A DNA stretch of 64,000 nucleotides from NCBI GenBank assembly GCA_905178155.1, contig CAJINV010000015.1, forward strand, positions 1,175,495 through 1,239,494, written 5' to 3'. Each line of letters begins with the position of its first letter. Within the stretch, counting starts at the first letter, position 1. Below are positions 25,701 through 38,800 of the stretch, one piece after another. Under the pieces are notes generated by a model. The model was not told the origin of the DNA. It saw nothing but the letters and a program-made list of their open reading frames with translations, and made no database searches. The stretch comes from Amoebophrya sp. A120. Its lineage: Eukaryota > Protista > Dinoflagellata. A program made the translations under genes and the position numbers.

Positions 25701-28700
25701 TAGTAGCATGATCCGGTGGATAGGTTTTACTTCGGCCTCTACGGGGGAATTTCCGGTGGATAGAACTGGGATGGACAGAGCTGGTTGTTGTACTAGACGA
25801 GGGCTCTTGTTCTGTCGTGGGAGCGGTCGAGGACGAGGCTGCACCGGCTTGTTCGGAGGCGTGGCCCTCTGCATGACCACTTTCGTCGTCAGAGTCCTCA
25901 TCTTCGTGATGAAATGCTAAATGCTGATCTTCCAATTCGTCCTCTTCCTCCAGCTCCCCCACACTGGGGTCCGCTTCCTGCTGCAACCACTCGGGCAGTA
26001 TCAAAAGAAAAAGTTCGTCACGATCACTCATGGGCATTTTTGCAAGACAAAATTTTCTGTCATGCGTAAAAATGCATCACAGCCTCACGACTTCATAAGG
26101 GATTTCCCTAGTGTCTCTGCAGTACAAGGAGAAGTTGTGATGCAAAAAAATTTGTAATGCAAAACCTGCAACTTAGTGACTGTGACAAACTTTTTTCTCT
26201 CCATAGGCAGCGCCTGCACCGCACTCCTGCCCATGCGCTTCCGCTCCTCGGCTAGATCGGAGTCGGAGAGTTTCTCATTCAGCTCATCGTACAACTCCGC
26301 GATGAAGCACCGGATCCCCAACGGCTCCAAGACCGGTCTGGACATTTTCACAAAGGCCAGCGCGTGCTCTGGATTCTTACAGCGCAGGTGGAACAGGAGT
26401 TTTTGCCCGCGGTGCGCTTCCGGGATGGGTGTATTGTTCTTACTGGCGATCAGCTTCTGGATGATGTTCATGGTGAATTTGAATTGATACACGGTTAGAG
26501 GTTTCTTCGATTTGTCATCTTTATCTTGTTTTCTCATACTCGCGTCGAACAGCCACTGCAGATTGCTGTCCCAGAGAAAGACTTCCGCCTCGATATCGAT
26601 TTCCTCGCCAAATGTCTCCTGATCGTTGTTCAGCAGGAACTCGTTCTCGTTCTCCTTTGGGTTTTCCCGTGTCAAAATCCCGTCTTTCGTGACAAAAACG
26701 TCCGGATTTTTCCCTTTTCTTTTCCGAAATGCCTTCACTTGCTTCCGCAATTTCTGCACCACCGGCCCGCGCCGGGAGAAATCCTGAAAAATTTTCGGTC
26801 TCTGCAGACTGAATCTCCCCGTTTTCCTGTTCCGGAACTGTTTCCAGAAGCGGTACAGCACTAATGTCTGCTCGGGCGATTGGGTGACTAACCCGGAAAG
26901 CCCCAGCTGCTTTGATTCCTTGTCGGATTGGTCAATAACCGCCTGCTCGTTGAATTCGATCCCGAGCTTTTTCAAACAGGCCAGTTTCCGCGAAAATAAC
27001 TGGCGCATGCTGCGTCGCAGGCTGGTCTCGGTCTCTTCCAAACTCATGTCTTTGAACAAGGGGTTTTCCTTTTGGTTCGCGAGGAGAAAATTCCTATCGT
27101 TCAAACTCCCGTAGTCCGCGGTCATGCCCTATTGAAAGGAAAAATCCCCCCTCCCCATATCAAAACGGAATTTCTGATGCTGGATTTGTGTACACAAATC
27201 AGCTGTGTATTGCAGGAAGGCATTGCGGCCAGATCTCCAGCCTAGGTAGGGGCGTATGGGTGTAGTTGCTCAGCATTGCAAACGGCCCCCCTTTAGGCCG
27301 AGCAGCATGGCCAATCGCTTCCATAAAAATGGGGCGGAAGCTTCTGCCCTTGTCTTCTTGCAAGACACATGTGATTTGTGGCCTCAAATCAGCAACACAA
27401 ATTTTCGGAACCACACCTTTTCAATATGGGGAGGGGGGATTTTTCCTTGCAATATGCCCTCGGTGTAGCGGAACCCACAGTGCCCAGTTAATCGATTTTT
27501 CGTGCCCTTCGCGGAGAAAAAACCCTGAAATTTGCAGCACTCGTGGTACCCGATATTGTCGTCTTCGTTATCTTGTTCACTTTTAGAAGAAGAAGAAGCA
27601 TCTGACAACTTTTTGTTCTTCGGCGTCTGCTTCCCGCGCCACTTTAGCAAACCATTTAAAAACGATCCGCTTTTGTCGTCTTTCTTGTAATAATCCGCGT
27701 CCGTCTCGGGGACCCAGCCCGCGCCGATTTCCTTTTCCGCAATCATGGTCATCGGGTTTCGCTCGCACGTCGCCGGGCCTTGACTCAAAGTTGCACCTAA
27801 AATGAACGGCCGCTTGATACTATCTTCCATGGCTAATTTGCATCGCATGTCTATCCTGAGTAAAAACGTACCCACACCAGAGTCAGGATGGGGATTTTGC
27901 AACACAAACCTAGGAGTTTTGTGAGTCACGCATGACAAGTTGCACTCTGCAGTGTAGTGCAGGTTAGCTAGTGCAGCCGCGTCACAGATTCATCGGCTCA
28001 TCCTGTTCACAGCATCACAAATTCCAAAACACGATTGGAAATGGCTCTCATGGTGATGCGCATTACAAGTCTTCCTGTCTTTGCAAATCTGCATTACAAC
28101 TCTGGTGTGGGTACGTTTTTACCCAGGATAATGTCCGCGGCGGACTTCACGGCCCAGATGTCTTTCACCTTCGTGCGCAGCTTCCAGGTTTCGTATCCAA
28201 GAAAAAAACTGCGTTAGCGTAAGTCTTTTGGGAAAACAGCATGACAAGTTTGTCTGCCATGACAGGAAAAACTTGTTATGCGCAGATAGGAAGGGAAAAC
28301 ACATAGGAAGCGAGCCGATCATGCATGTCGAGCATGACAAGTGTAACTGTTTTGCATTTTCTGCATCACAGATTTACACTTCCACAGTTTTTTTCTTGCA
28401 TATTTCGTGCAAAAAGTTCAACGCCTTCACTTTCCCCGTGGCCCAATCGACGGCTTCCTTTCGGTGGGGCTCGATGGCTTTCTTCATCTCCTCCTCGATT
28501 TTTGGTTTGTTCGCCGGGTCCTCCAGCTGGTTGACCAAATCCTTCATGCCCTGCTCCATTTTCGCCTGCATGTTATCCGCGAACTGTACGTCGTTGATCT
28601 TCTGCATGATTGTATTCACCAGTTGCGCCAACGCGGCTTTCCGCGCGGCGTCCATCGTGTTCCACTTGTCCATCTCCTGGCGCCACTTGTTAATTTCCTC

Positions 28701-31177
28701 TTCGTACTTTTTCGCCTCGGCGTCCCATTCCACCTGCCGCTCCGAGGCGGAGAGAAGATTCAAAATGTTGTTCACGCGGTGCCGCATCATGGTGCCGATC
28801 CAGGGGATTACCGTCATGGCGTTGCAAGCGACTACCAGCCCCGCCCAGGTCGCCAAGAAGCTGGCGAGCGACATGCCGAGCGTTTCGATTCCGGCAGCGG
28901 CAGACGCACCAGCCGCAATTCCGTCCGCGGCCTTCGCAGCCATTGCCATCCCCCGGATAACCCCGATAGCTTCCGCTCCGACGCCCAGACTGCCGAGCGC
29001 CGCAGTCATGGCACCCATGGACTGCAGGCCGAGAATCGCGTTGCACACCGGCCGAACTTCGTCGTTTCTTGTTAAGGGGAAATTATCATCCCCCATGCTC
29101 GTCGGCCTGGATTTGCCCGCGTGCGGGTCTTCGGGCGGCGGGTCGGGTTTTTCCCCGTCCATTTTTTCGCCGGATTCCTTCGCGGCGTCGTCTTTGATCT
29201 TCTCCAAACCGTCTTCCTCGGCTTGTTTGATCTGTTTCTGTGCCTCGAGCATATTCTGCATCTGATCAGCGGTGAGACCCATTTCCGCCATGGCGTTCGG
29301 ATCTAACTTCCCCTGGAGGAGTAAAATCAAATTGTGGCAGACATCCATCGCCACGGCCGACACGGCGTTCAAAATGTCCTTGTTGGCAAACAACCAGTCC
29401 GCAAATTTCGGCACGAAGTACTTCACGGCAAATTCAGTCGCGTACTGCGCTCCATAGTAGAACAACGCCGTTTTCGCGACCGCGGTCAACGCGCCCCGTG
29501 CCGCTGCACCTACCGAGTAAAGCACTTTGTGCGGCTTGTCCATGGGGAACGTATCGGTTAAAAACTGCAGGCACTGCCGCACCTCACTCGATTGCAGCTG
29601 CTTGTTCCCCGTACATTTATATCCCGCGGCGGTGGAGTGTTTATCCGACTTTCCGGTTAACTTCCCCGTCATACCCGCGGAAAACATACCGCAGCACTTC
29701 ATGTACCGGTCGTTGTTTTTCCCGTCCTTCCCCATGTCTTTTTCTAATAAGTTGCAGGATTTTGAATTGTTCGCCCCGGTCAACGCGTAAATCAAGGTCT
29801 TCGTGACGTTCAGTGACTGCTTCCCAAGTTTCAGCCCCTTGTGCCGCAGCCACACCGCCTGGGCCAGTAACCGCCCGTCCTTGAAGTATTTTCGCTCGGT
29901 GAAGTTTTTCCGGTCGATAAAGTCGTGGTTCGCGTTATAGGCCGCCCACATGGACATTTGGCTGGCGGAGTGCCCGCACTGGTAATCCAGCATCACCCGC
30001 TCGTTTTGGTCCTCTTCCTTCCGCTTTTGGCGGCTTAGCTGCGATGGCGTCACCCCGTCCAGTTGCCACTCGAGGAGACGAATTCTGTCGTCAGTTGCGT
30101 CTTCTAATTGCTCGTCGTCGTCCACCCCGTCGGGGCTGATGGGAAGGTTGTATTTTTTCGCCCAGTCCTCCATACTATCCTGCTCCTTCTGCTTTGTCGC
30201 AATTTGCGAGTAAAAATCCTGCACGTTTTTGGCCTGCGTTATCGCCGGCCGCATGTACTGGTCCCACGCGCGGGCGGACAGGGTTTTTTTGTTCATGTGC
30301 TTTTTCACTAGTTTTTTCCAAATCCTGTCGTTCGATTGTGGAATGTAAACAACCGCGTCCGTCGGGAGCGAAACGCGCATATTGTAAGTCACCTCCTGCG
30401 TGTCATAAAGAACGTTGAAAGTATATGCATTGCAAATATTATGTCTGGGTCTGGAAGAGTGTAAACTTGTCACGCAGGCTTTCCATGACCCATGAGGTCT
30501 GGAATGCGGGACATAGCATGACAGACTCTGCGAGGTCTCTGTCATGCCTATCCTTCATGAGAAACTCCGGCCCATCAACTTGGTCGAAAGTGGACAGCTT
30601 TTGGCACTCACGGTCACGCAACACAGATTTTTGCATGATTCGAATTTAGCATGACAAGTTCCTACCTTCCAGACACAGATATATTTGCCTTTGATAAAGT
30701 AGTGGTAATATCAATTGATGTTCGTCCAAAGGAAGAGTTAGGTTGGTCACTTTCATCATTCCCCTGCTCACGAAGATCACGTCCAGCAGCACGATCCGCC
30801 GCCTCGACCTCCTCCGGGTGCTGGTAGTCCACGTCGAAATAGACCGTGTCGATGCGATTGCGGGATCCTGGCGGTTGCACCAACTCCGATTGAGCTCTAC
30901 TTCGTGCACCATTTTTGTTCAAGCTCATCAATTCTGTCAGCTCGATCTCGCCCGGATAGGACGTGGAGCTCGACGCCCTCGATTTCGATGAAAAGAGGGA
31001 AAAGACGGAAAAGCTTCTCGTATTTCTACTTCGGCGGACGACACCAGCCTGCTCTTCACTTTCCTCATTTGTTCCCGGCGAAAGGGAAAAAGAGTAAGCT
31101 GTGTCGTTCTGAAGCCCGAGGACCCAAACCAGGGAGAAAATAGTAATCCGGGCAGACATTTTGTGGAGATTTTTCAT
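19747..31177 (-). CDS. Gene 3: giant (~2,938 aa) signal-peptide-bearing protein with coiled coils, two long hydrophobic Gly/Ala-rich segments and a Cys-rich module; 10 introners
   Basis: Ten element+TSD removals join ORFs 30662, 28374, 27384, 26085, 24031, 22904 and 19747 plus micro-exons in frame. Spliced length is 8,817 nt, divisible by 3. Confidence 0.88.
22210..22465. mobile_element. Introner, family A
   Basis: TSD tgttt; frame restored. Confidence 0.92.
22519..22724. mobile_element. Introner, family E (TATCAAACAAAAAAAGTTYGTCACGATCACT...AGTGACTGTGACAAAC..CTCTCCATA)
   Basis: TSD atttc; frame restored. Confidence 0.92.
22758..23019. mobile_element. Introner, family A
   Basis: TSD tgagc/tgaac; frame restored. 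Confidence 0.9.
23512..23790. mobile_element. Introner, family B
   Basis: TSD actca/actta; frame restored. Confidence 0.9.
23852..24119. mobile_element. Introner, family A
   Basis: TSD acagc; frame restored. Confidence 0.92.
25999..26205. mobile_element. Introner, family E
   Basis: TSD ggcag; frame restored. Confidence 0.92.
27130..27454. mobile_element. Introner, family C (opposite orientation to 6132)
   Basis: TSD tgccc; frame restored. Confidence 0.92.
27852..28130. mobile_element. Introner, family B
   Basis: TSD atgtc; frame restored. Confidence 0.93.
28194..28402. mobile_element. Introner, family D
   Basis: TSD tttcg; frame restored. Confidence 0.92.
30424..30696. mobile_element. 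Introner, family A
   Basis: TSD aagta; frame restored. Confidence 0.92.
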
Positions 31178-32659
31178 ACTTGCTGGGGGAAAAGTAGTCT
31201 GAATAAAGGGAAAATATAACTAAAACTACAGTCGAATACAACTACACTGAAGATTCCTCAAGACTTAGTTAGATCGTAAAAAAATCAATTATACAGATAT
31301 TTCTACAAAACATACGGCACTAATTATACACAGAAGTAGGGTGGTCGTTGGGAGAAATAAATCGCGAGGTAAAAAATCAGTTGTGTGCTCGCTTCTTTAG
31401 GCGAGCGAGTTGTGACTGTTGTACGTGCTAATTGTTGAGTTCCTGAGAGTGAGTGGCTGGCAAACTGCGCCACAACAATTTGCCACCAGACCGTGACCAA
31501 AAAATCAAAATGGCTTCAAAAATGTGATCAAAAGATTCTTTGTGACCAACCACCAATGTGAGAAAAGCTTCTTTGATAATGGAGGAGGGTGACGCAAAAT
31601 TCAAAAGATCAAAGGAGTCGTCAAAATGCAAAAATTTCCGAAGGAGGGGTGAATTAGGCCGCGTCGTACTTTGTAAACCCGCCTATTCGCTCTGGATCTC
31701 AAGATCCAGCTGCTCCCGTTGCGAGGGCAATCACTAAGATAAAATGAATCAGGAGCCTGAAAACAAAAACGACCTCGATCTTCAGCCGGGGGGAACTCCT
31801 GTGTTTATTTTGGATGCGATGCTGAGTGCTGTGGTGTGCCAAAAGATTGGATCAGAGCCGGAGAAATTTTTTTTTGGCCAGTACTAGGATCTTCGTATAT
31901 AGATAGTTGTGTAATTTATTCACGATCGTGTACAACATGATCGCCTGCGTCACGTGAGCAACCGCAGCGCCCTCTGGAACGGCTTGAGCACCAGATCGAC
32001 GTGGATCGTTTATTTATTTGCACGTCTGCTCTCGGCAGCTGTTAATCTTGTTCAGAGTCAAACAAGTAAGACCGAGTCTGTTCTTCTTTTTGCTTCACGC
32101 GCACGCCTAAACTTCTTTGGGCGCAACAATTTGCTTCACCGACACAGCTTCGTCTGGGCACAACAATTTGGATGAATATGAACAATGATTCAATTTTTGA
32201 AGTGATTTTTCGTGATCGCAAGACGGGGACGGCCTACACACAGTATATTCTCTGGATCACAACAAGGAAGACGCTGTGCTCTTTGTAGCGTCAGCACCAG
32301 CTGCCTGCATGTTGCGGCTCGTGCATTCAGAAAGCCACTACACTCGAGATGAGAGTTCCCTGTAAGTGTCGGTAAAAAAGTCTTTACGCCTACTCTTTAG
32401 CTTTGTCCTGTTTCACAGAGGCGGACGCCGGAAGCAGTGCATATTTTTTGCCGCGGCCAAGCAGTAGTTGCACTGTGATAATAGCATCTTCACAGTACAC
32501 TCCGACCGGATCATTCGTTGTCCCTCTACTTTTTGTTTCACTCTTGTCTCGCTCCTCGTTAGATTTATTTCATCTCCGCTATCAATTTTTTGTTGTAGAC
32601 AGACGACCACAAGGAACAACTGTTGGTGGTCCCAGCACCTCTACTAACTCACGTTCGTC

Positions 32660-35097
32660 TTAGTACCTGCTTACCGGATGGTTAATCTCCCCCGGGTACT
32701 GATATTGGTAGGCTCGGGTCGTCGTCGTGCTTGGTCCTTGCCGTTGCTGGTGAATTTTCGCAGCGCTAGAATCATTCGTCTTCGTCCCCTGCTGATTCAT
32801 ATACCCCGCGGCCAACGGCTTGTTCACGACCTGGTACGGAATTTTTGGTCCAAATTCTTCCAAGCCTGGCGGCGGTCGAAATACCTTCGGCTGCGACGAC
32901 GTCAAGTGGTTGTTGTAGCTGCTCGGGGGCATAGTAGTAGTTCTAGTACTTCCCTGAGAAATAACTACATGTGGAGGTCCACCTCCGTGATGAAAATGAT
33001 GTTCTTCTTGTCCCCAGCCCTGGTTAGCAGCGTTAGAAGTATTAACCCAGGGCTGGTGCGAAAAGTAAATCTTTCCCATGGAAGGCGCCTGCTCCGCCGC
33101 ACGATCGCGCAGCTTCTATCAAAAGTAAAAATCCCACCTGCCCATATTGACAATGCACGTTTTCGAAAATTTGCGTTGCTGATTTGCGACCACAAATCGT
33201 CTCTGTGTTGCACGAAGGCAACTCCACAAGCTCCGCCGCATTCTCCAGGCGGTTTGTCATGGTGTTGCACCTACAGCGTGGACGTCTATCATGCAAAGCG
33301 CCTAGGCCAAAACCTGTCTACTCAGGCTTAGTATGAGCCTGCAGTCCTCGCCAGCAAGACAAATCTGATCTGTGTAGGCAAATCCAGCATCAGAAATTTC
33401 GTTTTGATATGGGGAGGGGGGATTTTTCATTCTGATAGCTTCGACTTCGCCTCCGCCAGTTTGGCGCGCCGCTACCAAATGCAAATATGTCTGGGTCTGG
33501 AAACTTGTGATGCTAAAATGTGGATGATCATCATCATCATCATGTAGTGGACACCCGCACCCAGCGCCACAGGTCAAGGATCCCCTCCCCGGGGGGTGGG
33601 CGAGGAAGCACTTTCGGCGACCTCCACATACAAAAGCCGAGCGCTACCACGGCAAGTCGCCCCAATAGAAGTACCAACCAGTCGGGAGCTACCCACCACA
33701 CCTGATCAGTACAGCCCGGCCAGCTAGCCGAGCGCGACAGCCCAGCATACAGAACGATCCAGGACCCGACCCATTTTACGCCATAAGTTTTTGTTCTCAC
33801 GGAAGAGACGACGTACCCCTTTGGGCTAAGGGGCGAGACTCTCCCTTAAGCCGCAACCCCACCCAGACAGGGGAGGCTGGACCATTTGTGCCTTACCTGC
33901 GGCACGGACGAAAAAGGCAAGTGCCGCGGACCGGAGATGTCAAACCATTGGCCAGTTGTTTGTCACTGCTGACTGGCAACCCACCTGGGGCACAGCGACA
34001 ACTTAAAGGTTTAGTTTGTGCGTGGCGGTCTTAGTGCAGCCCTTGACTTATTCTGCAACAGAAGCAAAGGGTGGGAGGGGGGACGGGGGTCGTAAGCCGG
34101 AGTCGCGACGGAACTTACCTATTGAGGGTAGCCGGCAATCCCCTTTACCTCTCAAGCCCCTTCGTCCGTAGCTACTTCCGTATTGCGCCACCGATTCATG
34201 GTAGTTCCGAGTCTGGTCGTCGTCGGTGTCCGCACGTTGTTGCCGTTCCTCCTAGTAAAAGCATGGTCATCTCGATTCGATGGCTGGCACTCCTGATAGT
34301 GCTGCTTGACGAGGCCTTGTACAACCGCAGCACCTCCGTGTAGGACACGAGCAGCAACAGAACATACGGCGCTCCGAGTGGACCAAGTACTACATTTGAC
34401 CGAGAAGAAAAAGCGCGTCGCGTAACTTGAACGGCATTCCCGAGCAGAGAGGACGCGCTCCGAGAACACACCGAGAGCGACATGCGTATCAACCAGTCTC
34501 CAGGTTCTGAATGCAATTTAGCATGACAACTTTCCAGAACGCTTTCTCATAGGCAATCCGCATGAGAAACTGCGTGGTTGCACGTGCAAAAGAGGCTGCG
34601 ACTTTTGTTGGTTATGCAATACAGATTTCCTAGGTATGGAAAGCTAGCATTACAAGTTCCAACCTTCCAGACCCAGACATATTTGCAATACATAGCCGCT
34701 CGGCCGCGCTTAAATGCAGGATGGGCGCGGCCTGTATCAAATGCAAAAATGTCTGGGTCTGGAAGAGTGCAAGGCTTGTCATGCTTGTCTGGCATGACCC
34801 ATCATGATGCTTGTAATGCATGACCCAGCATCACAGATTTTTGGAAGACTTCCTGATGCCATTTCCGCATGACAAATGTCCTCCTCGCGTAGCACAAATG
34901 TGGCTCCTCTTGCTGGTCATGCAATACAGATTTTTTTAGGGTCCAAAGTTAGCATCACAAGTTCCAACTTTCCAGATCCAGACATTTTTGCATTTGATAG
35001 CCTGCGCCTTTTTGACATTGCCCGCGAAGCGGCGGAGCTCGGCGGCGGAAGGGGGACCCCGAGCGACTTGCTCATGGGACATGTACACGTGCGGCAT
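32660..35097 (-). CDS. Gene 4: small low-complexity hypothetical protein (~204 aa); 3 introners, one carrying ~1 kb nested cargo; 3' end may continue through a GT-AG intron
   Basis: MPHVYMSHEQ...KKAQ|AAPILHLSAAER|RAKLAEAKSK|LRDRAAEQAPSMGKIY is in frame with ORF 32660..33079. CCG|GTAAGC just before the stop resembles a splice donor. Confidence 0.75.
33117..33437. mobile_element. Introner, family C
   Basis: TSD gcttc; frame restored. Confidence 0.92.
33473..34694. mobile_element. Introner, family A, expanded to 1.2 kb by a nested insertion
   Basis: TSD gccgc; both halves match the uninterrupted copy at 22210 (reverse complement); frame restored. Confidence 0.88.
33529..34502 (-). mobile_element. 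Nested ~975-bp insertion, possibly a 5'-truncated non-LTR retroposon with an (ATG)n tail
   Basis: (CAT)5 at the left junction; unrelated to any introner; interrupts the host element at GATGAT|...|GTTCTGAATGC. No recognisable reverse-transcriptase motif. Confidence 0.5.
34735..34999. mobile_element. Introner, family A
   Basis: TSD gcctg; frame restored. Confidence 0.92.
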
Positions 35098-35830
35098 GAT
35101 ATTCCTTACAGTTCTCTCACGGTACGGCGACGCAGCAACGATCAGAACGGATCAATAGACGGTCGCGGCCCACCACCAAGACGAACTCGAAAGATCTTGT
35201 CTACAACTGTGAATTTGTAGATCCTTTTCTTTTGGGAAGACCTGTGAGAACGGGAAGATGAACCGCATCACACGAAAACTCGTGACGGTGACCTTGGCCT
35301 TGCCCTTGCGCAAAAACAAAAAGAAAAACACAAAAAAAACTGTCAAAACAATTCTAGAAGACAAAGGAAAAAAAAAGAGCTCAAACAAATTGGATTGATC
35401 TTGAAAAAGCGAAAATTTTTAGATGCATGTGGTGGTGGAACGACGAGTCTATTTTCTCCGCAAGAAGATCTTCCTGCGAACACGACGATTTTTTTCCTCG
35501 GCTAAAAACCCGTGCTTTCTTTACCTTGCGTAAAAAACCGAAAGACCACCGACGCCTGAGCCTATATCTTGTAGTTGTGCAGGTTTTATTTACACTTTTA
35601 CTTTTTCCCGTTCGAAAGACTGTACAGGAGTGATGCAGGTTCTAGACCTTCATCTTACGTACACCCATGTTGTCGCCTGGTGAGCAGATCTGGTATACTT
35701 GTTCTGGTCGTCTTCTCGTTAGATTTTGTTTTTGTCATTATGCCGGAAGAACTTGTGTCTGTGCCACAGCGACAGCACGGGTACTACGAGGTTTTTCTTG
35801 CACTCCTACTCTTCAGCACTTCTAAACCTA

Positions 35831-38800
35831 TCAAAACGGTTCTCTAATTTTCAGTCTTTTCAAATCTTGGTTCCACTCGAGCTTGTCAAATTTCACTAAT
35901 TCTGGTGGCGTTCTTTATGAAAGTGCACAACTCCCCCTCCCCCTCATTTGTATTGCATGAATAGCAATACAAGCACCAGCACACGTGGATGCTGTGCATG
36001 AGGAGTTCATGTGCTCAGTGTAGTACTGTTTGGACTTCCAAAATTTGTAATGCAAACAGTGCCACAGCCACAAGGCACAGGCAGCAATTGCAGTTAGGAT
36101 TTTGCAGCACAAATGAGGGCAGGGGGGAGTTGTGCACTCTCATATTCTTTCCAAGAAGGCAACAAGCTCCCGGCTTTCGTTGGCGTGGTAGAAGGGCACA
36201 TCTTGCACGGAAAAGTAGAATTCTTCGCCGTTGTGCTCTTTCTGCTCCAGCTCCTGGGAGTGAGCGAGGAGTCGGAGAATCGCCGCGAAGGCCGGGTAGT
36301 CGATGGTACTAGTTGTGGCACTTCTGCTTCGTGGTGTTAAAGAAGTTTTTATCTCACCTCCTCCGGGCGAAAATCCACCGTAAAAATTGTCAACACCTCG
36401 GGGGGTTGTTCCACGCGGTGTGTCCGTGCTGTTATAATCTTCTTGAGCGTCTTCATCGACTCCTCCTTTTGGATTATTCTTGTCGTTTCCTGTCCCCACG
36501 AGAATACTCTCCACGACCGCATCCGTGTACTTTTTGCTCAGCCCCGTCCGTAGTAGTAATTTCTCCCAACGTTCCGAATTCAAGGCTAAAACTGGAAAAT
36601 CGGATTCCTCCGAGTCGAAGTCGGCGAGTAAATTCCAAATGCTGAGATAAAACGCCGTTTCGTTCTCAGTCAAATTTTTTTCCGGAAGAGACTTGATGAG
36701 GTCTTTGATTCGGTTGCGGAAAAAATTCCTGTCGGTCGCGTAGTTGATCGAAGTAGTGAAAATGTTTGCGTTTTGGTCAAAAAAGTCCGTCACCTTGGCC
36801 GTTAAATGCTCGTAATTCACGTTAAATGTGCTGTCGGTTTGCACGCCGACGGAGGTCGACGTCGAGAGTGTTGGTGGTTTGTTGAGCGAAGTAGATGTCG
36901 TGCGGTCAGTAGCAGCTGTTTGTGATGGTACAACTGCTGCGGCTTTGGAACGCATCTCCTCTTCGGGGGGAATATTGATGGAAACCACAGGCATACTCGA
37001 TGAGGAGCAAGACGCCGCGGTCTTGTTACTGCGGCTTTGCGGCGACAAATTGTTGCTACTTCTCAATGCAGCTGCTGCGCCAGGTGGTCCTTCTGCAGCT
37101 CCCGCTGCGCCGCTAGAAATATTTCTACCCCCGTATGTCGGCGTGGCACCGGTACTCGTTGACTCGTACTGTGACACCCTGTTTTTCACCAAACCATCCT
37201 CGACCGCCCCTTCGCCGTAGTAAAATTCCCCGGTCGCGCCCCCGTCTGGATCCCACATGGAAATCTCGCTCAGCGGTTTCTTCATCTCTCCGCCTGCACT
37301 GTAGTCCAGCTCTTCCGCCTCCTGTACCTTGGACAAAAGCGCGGCTCTGAGTCGCCCGTCTTCCAGGTCTGTGTTAATGTGGTGTGCTGCAGAGGAGCTT
37401 CCGACTGCGCCGCGTGTTGAAGCAGGGTAGTTAGAAGTTGTTGCACTAGCAGCACCAGGTGTACTGCGTCCTGCAGGGGAGAAGTTGTTGTAGTTGTTTC
37501 CTATCGCAGAACGCTGCTGCTGATTCATCGAGAGTTGCTGATTGTTCTCCCTGCTAAAGCTCCTCTCGCCCACCATGTCACTCAGCATGTTCCCGATTCT
37601 CTGCTGATTGGTTATCAAATGCAAAAATGTCTGGGTCTGGAAGAATTCATGTTTGTCATGCTTGTCTGGCATGACTCTTAAATCTGTCATGCACGTTACC
37701 CAAGAGCTCCGTTTCTCTGTGATGCAGAGCCGCAGTTTGCCATGCAGAATAGGCAACACCTAGGAGCTCAGAAACTTGTCATGCTGAGCCAGTAATCGTA
37801 GCCTCATCATGAGACGCCGCCCAGCATCACAAGTTTCCAGACCCAGACATTTTTACTTTATTTGATATTGGTCAACGACAAACCAAACCCGGCCTCGAGG
37901 TTTCCGACGGGTAGAGCACACCGGGTCTGGAAGTTCTCCGACTGCATGGTACTCGTATGCATTGCAAATATGTCTGGGTCTGGAAGGATCCGAACTTGTG
38001 ATGCATGTTTCGGATCCTACAAAGATCTGTGATGCATAAACGTCCAAAAGGTGCCCACTTCTGGCCATGCTGAGAGGGCATTTCTCATGCAGAATACGCA
38101 TCACCAAGGAGCTGCAGAACCTGTGATGCTAGGCCCTGCATTCCAGGCGTGGGGGAGCTTGGAAAAACTGCATGACAAAATCGGAGTCTCCCAGACCCAG
38201 ACATATTTGCATTTGATAACTCGCCAACACTGACAAATTCGCCTCGATGCTTTGCTTCAGATACGGGATTCTTTCGTTCGCGGATAACGAGCGGAGCTCC
38301 GTGAACAAGAGGAAAAGCTTCTTGTGATTTTGCTTGAAAGACTCGAAATCCAAAAATTGCAGTAATTGCATGTACCGCAAATCTGATTCCTTCGAGTACT
38401 GACTGGGGTTTTTCGCGAATTCCTGCAGCGTCTCCTTCGCGATTTCGCTCAGGTGGTATGAGAGCGCACAACTCCCAATCCCACTCATTTGTCATGCAAA
38501 ATTATCCCAAATCCAGTATGTGCCTCTTGGCACTGTTTGCATGACAAGTTCTGGTAGCCCAAATTATAGCACTATACGTATACTCCATTGTAGATTTGTC
38601 ATGCAGAACAGGCATTCTTGCTGATGCTTGTATTGCCGGCCATGCTATACAAATGAGGGGGAGGCAGACGAGTTGCGCACTGTCATAAGTGGTCCGCTAT
38701 CCGGTACAGTTCGGTCAGCAAAATTTCCATTTCGTGCAGCAAATGCTGCACCGTGGAGTACAAATAGCAGATCAGAGGATCGCCCCCCAAAGCCGACAAC

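Noticed and set aside
34150-34516. Reverse transcriptase or transposase ORF in the nested insert
   Set aside because: No recognisable catalytic motif in the short ORFs.
37922-37933. CGGGTCTGGAAG as an extra TIR
   Set aside because: It lies in an in-frame exon (ENFQTR) with no TAT end, partner TIR or TSD; probably coincidental.
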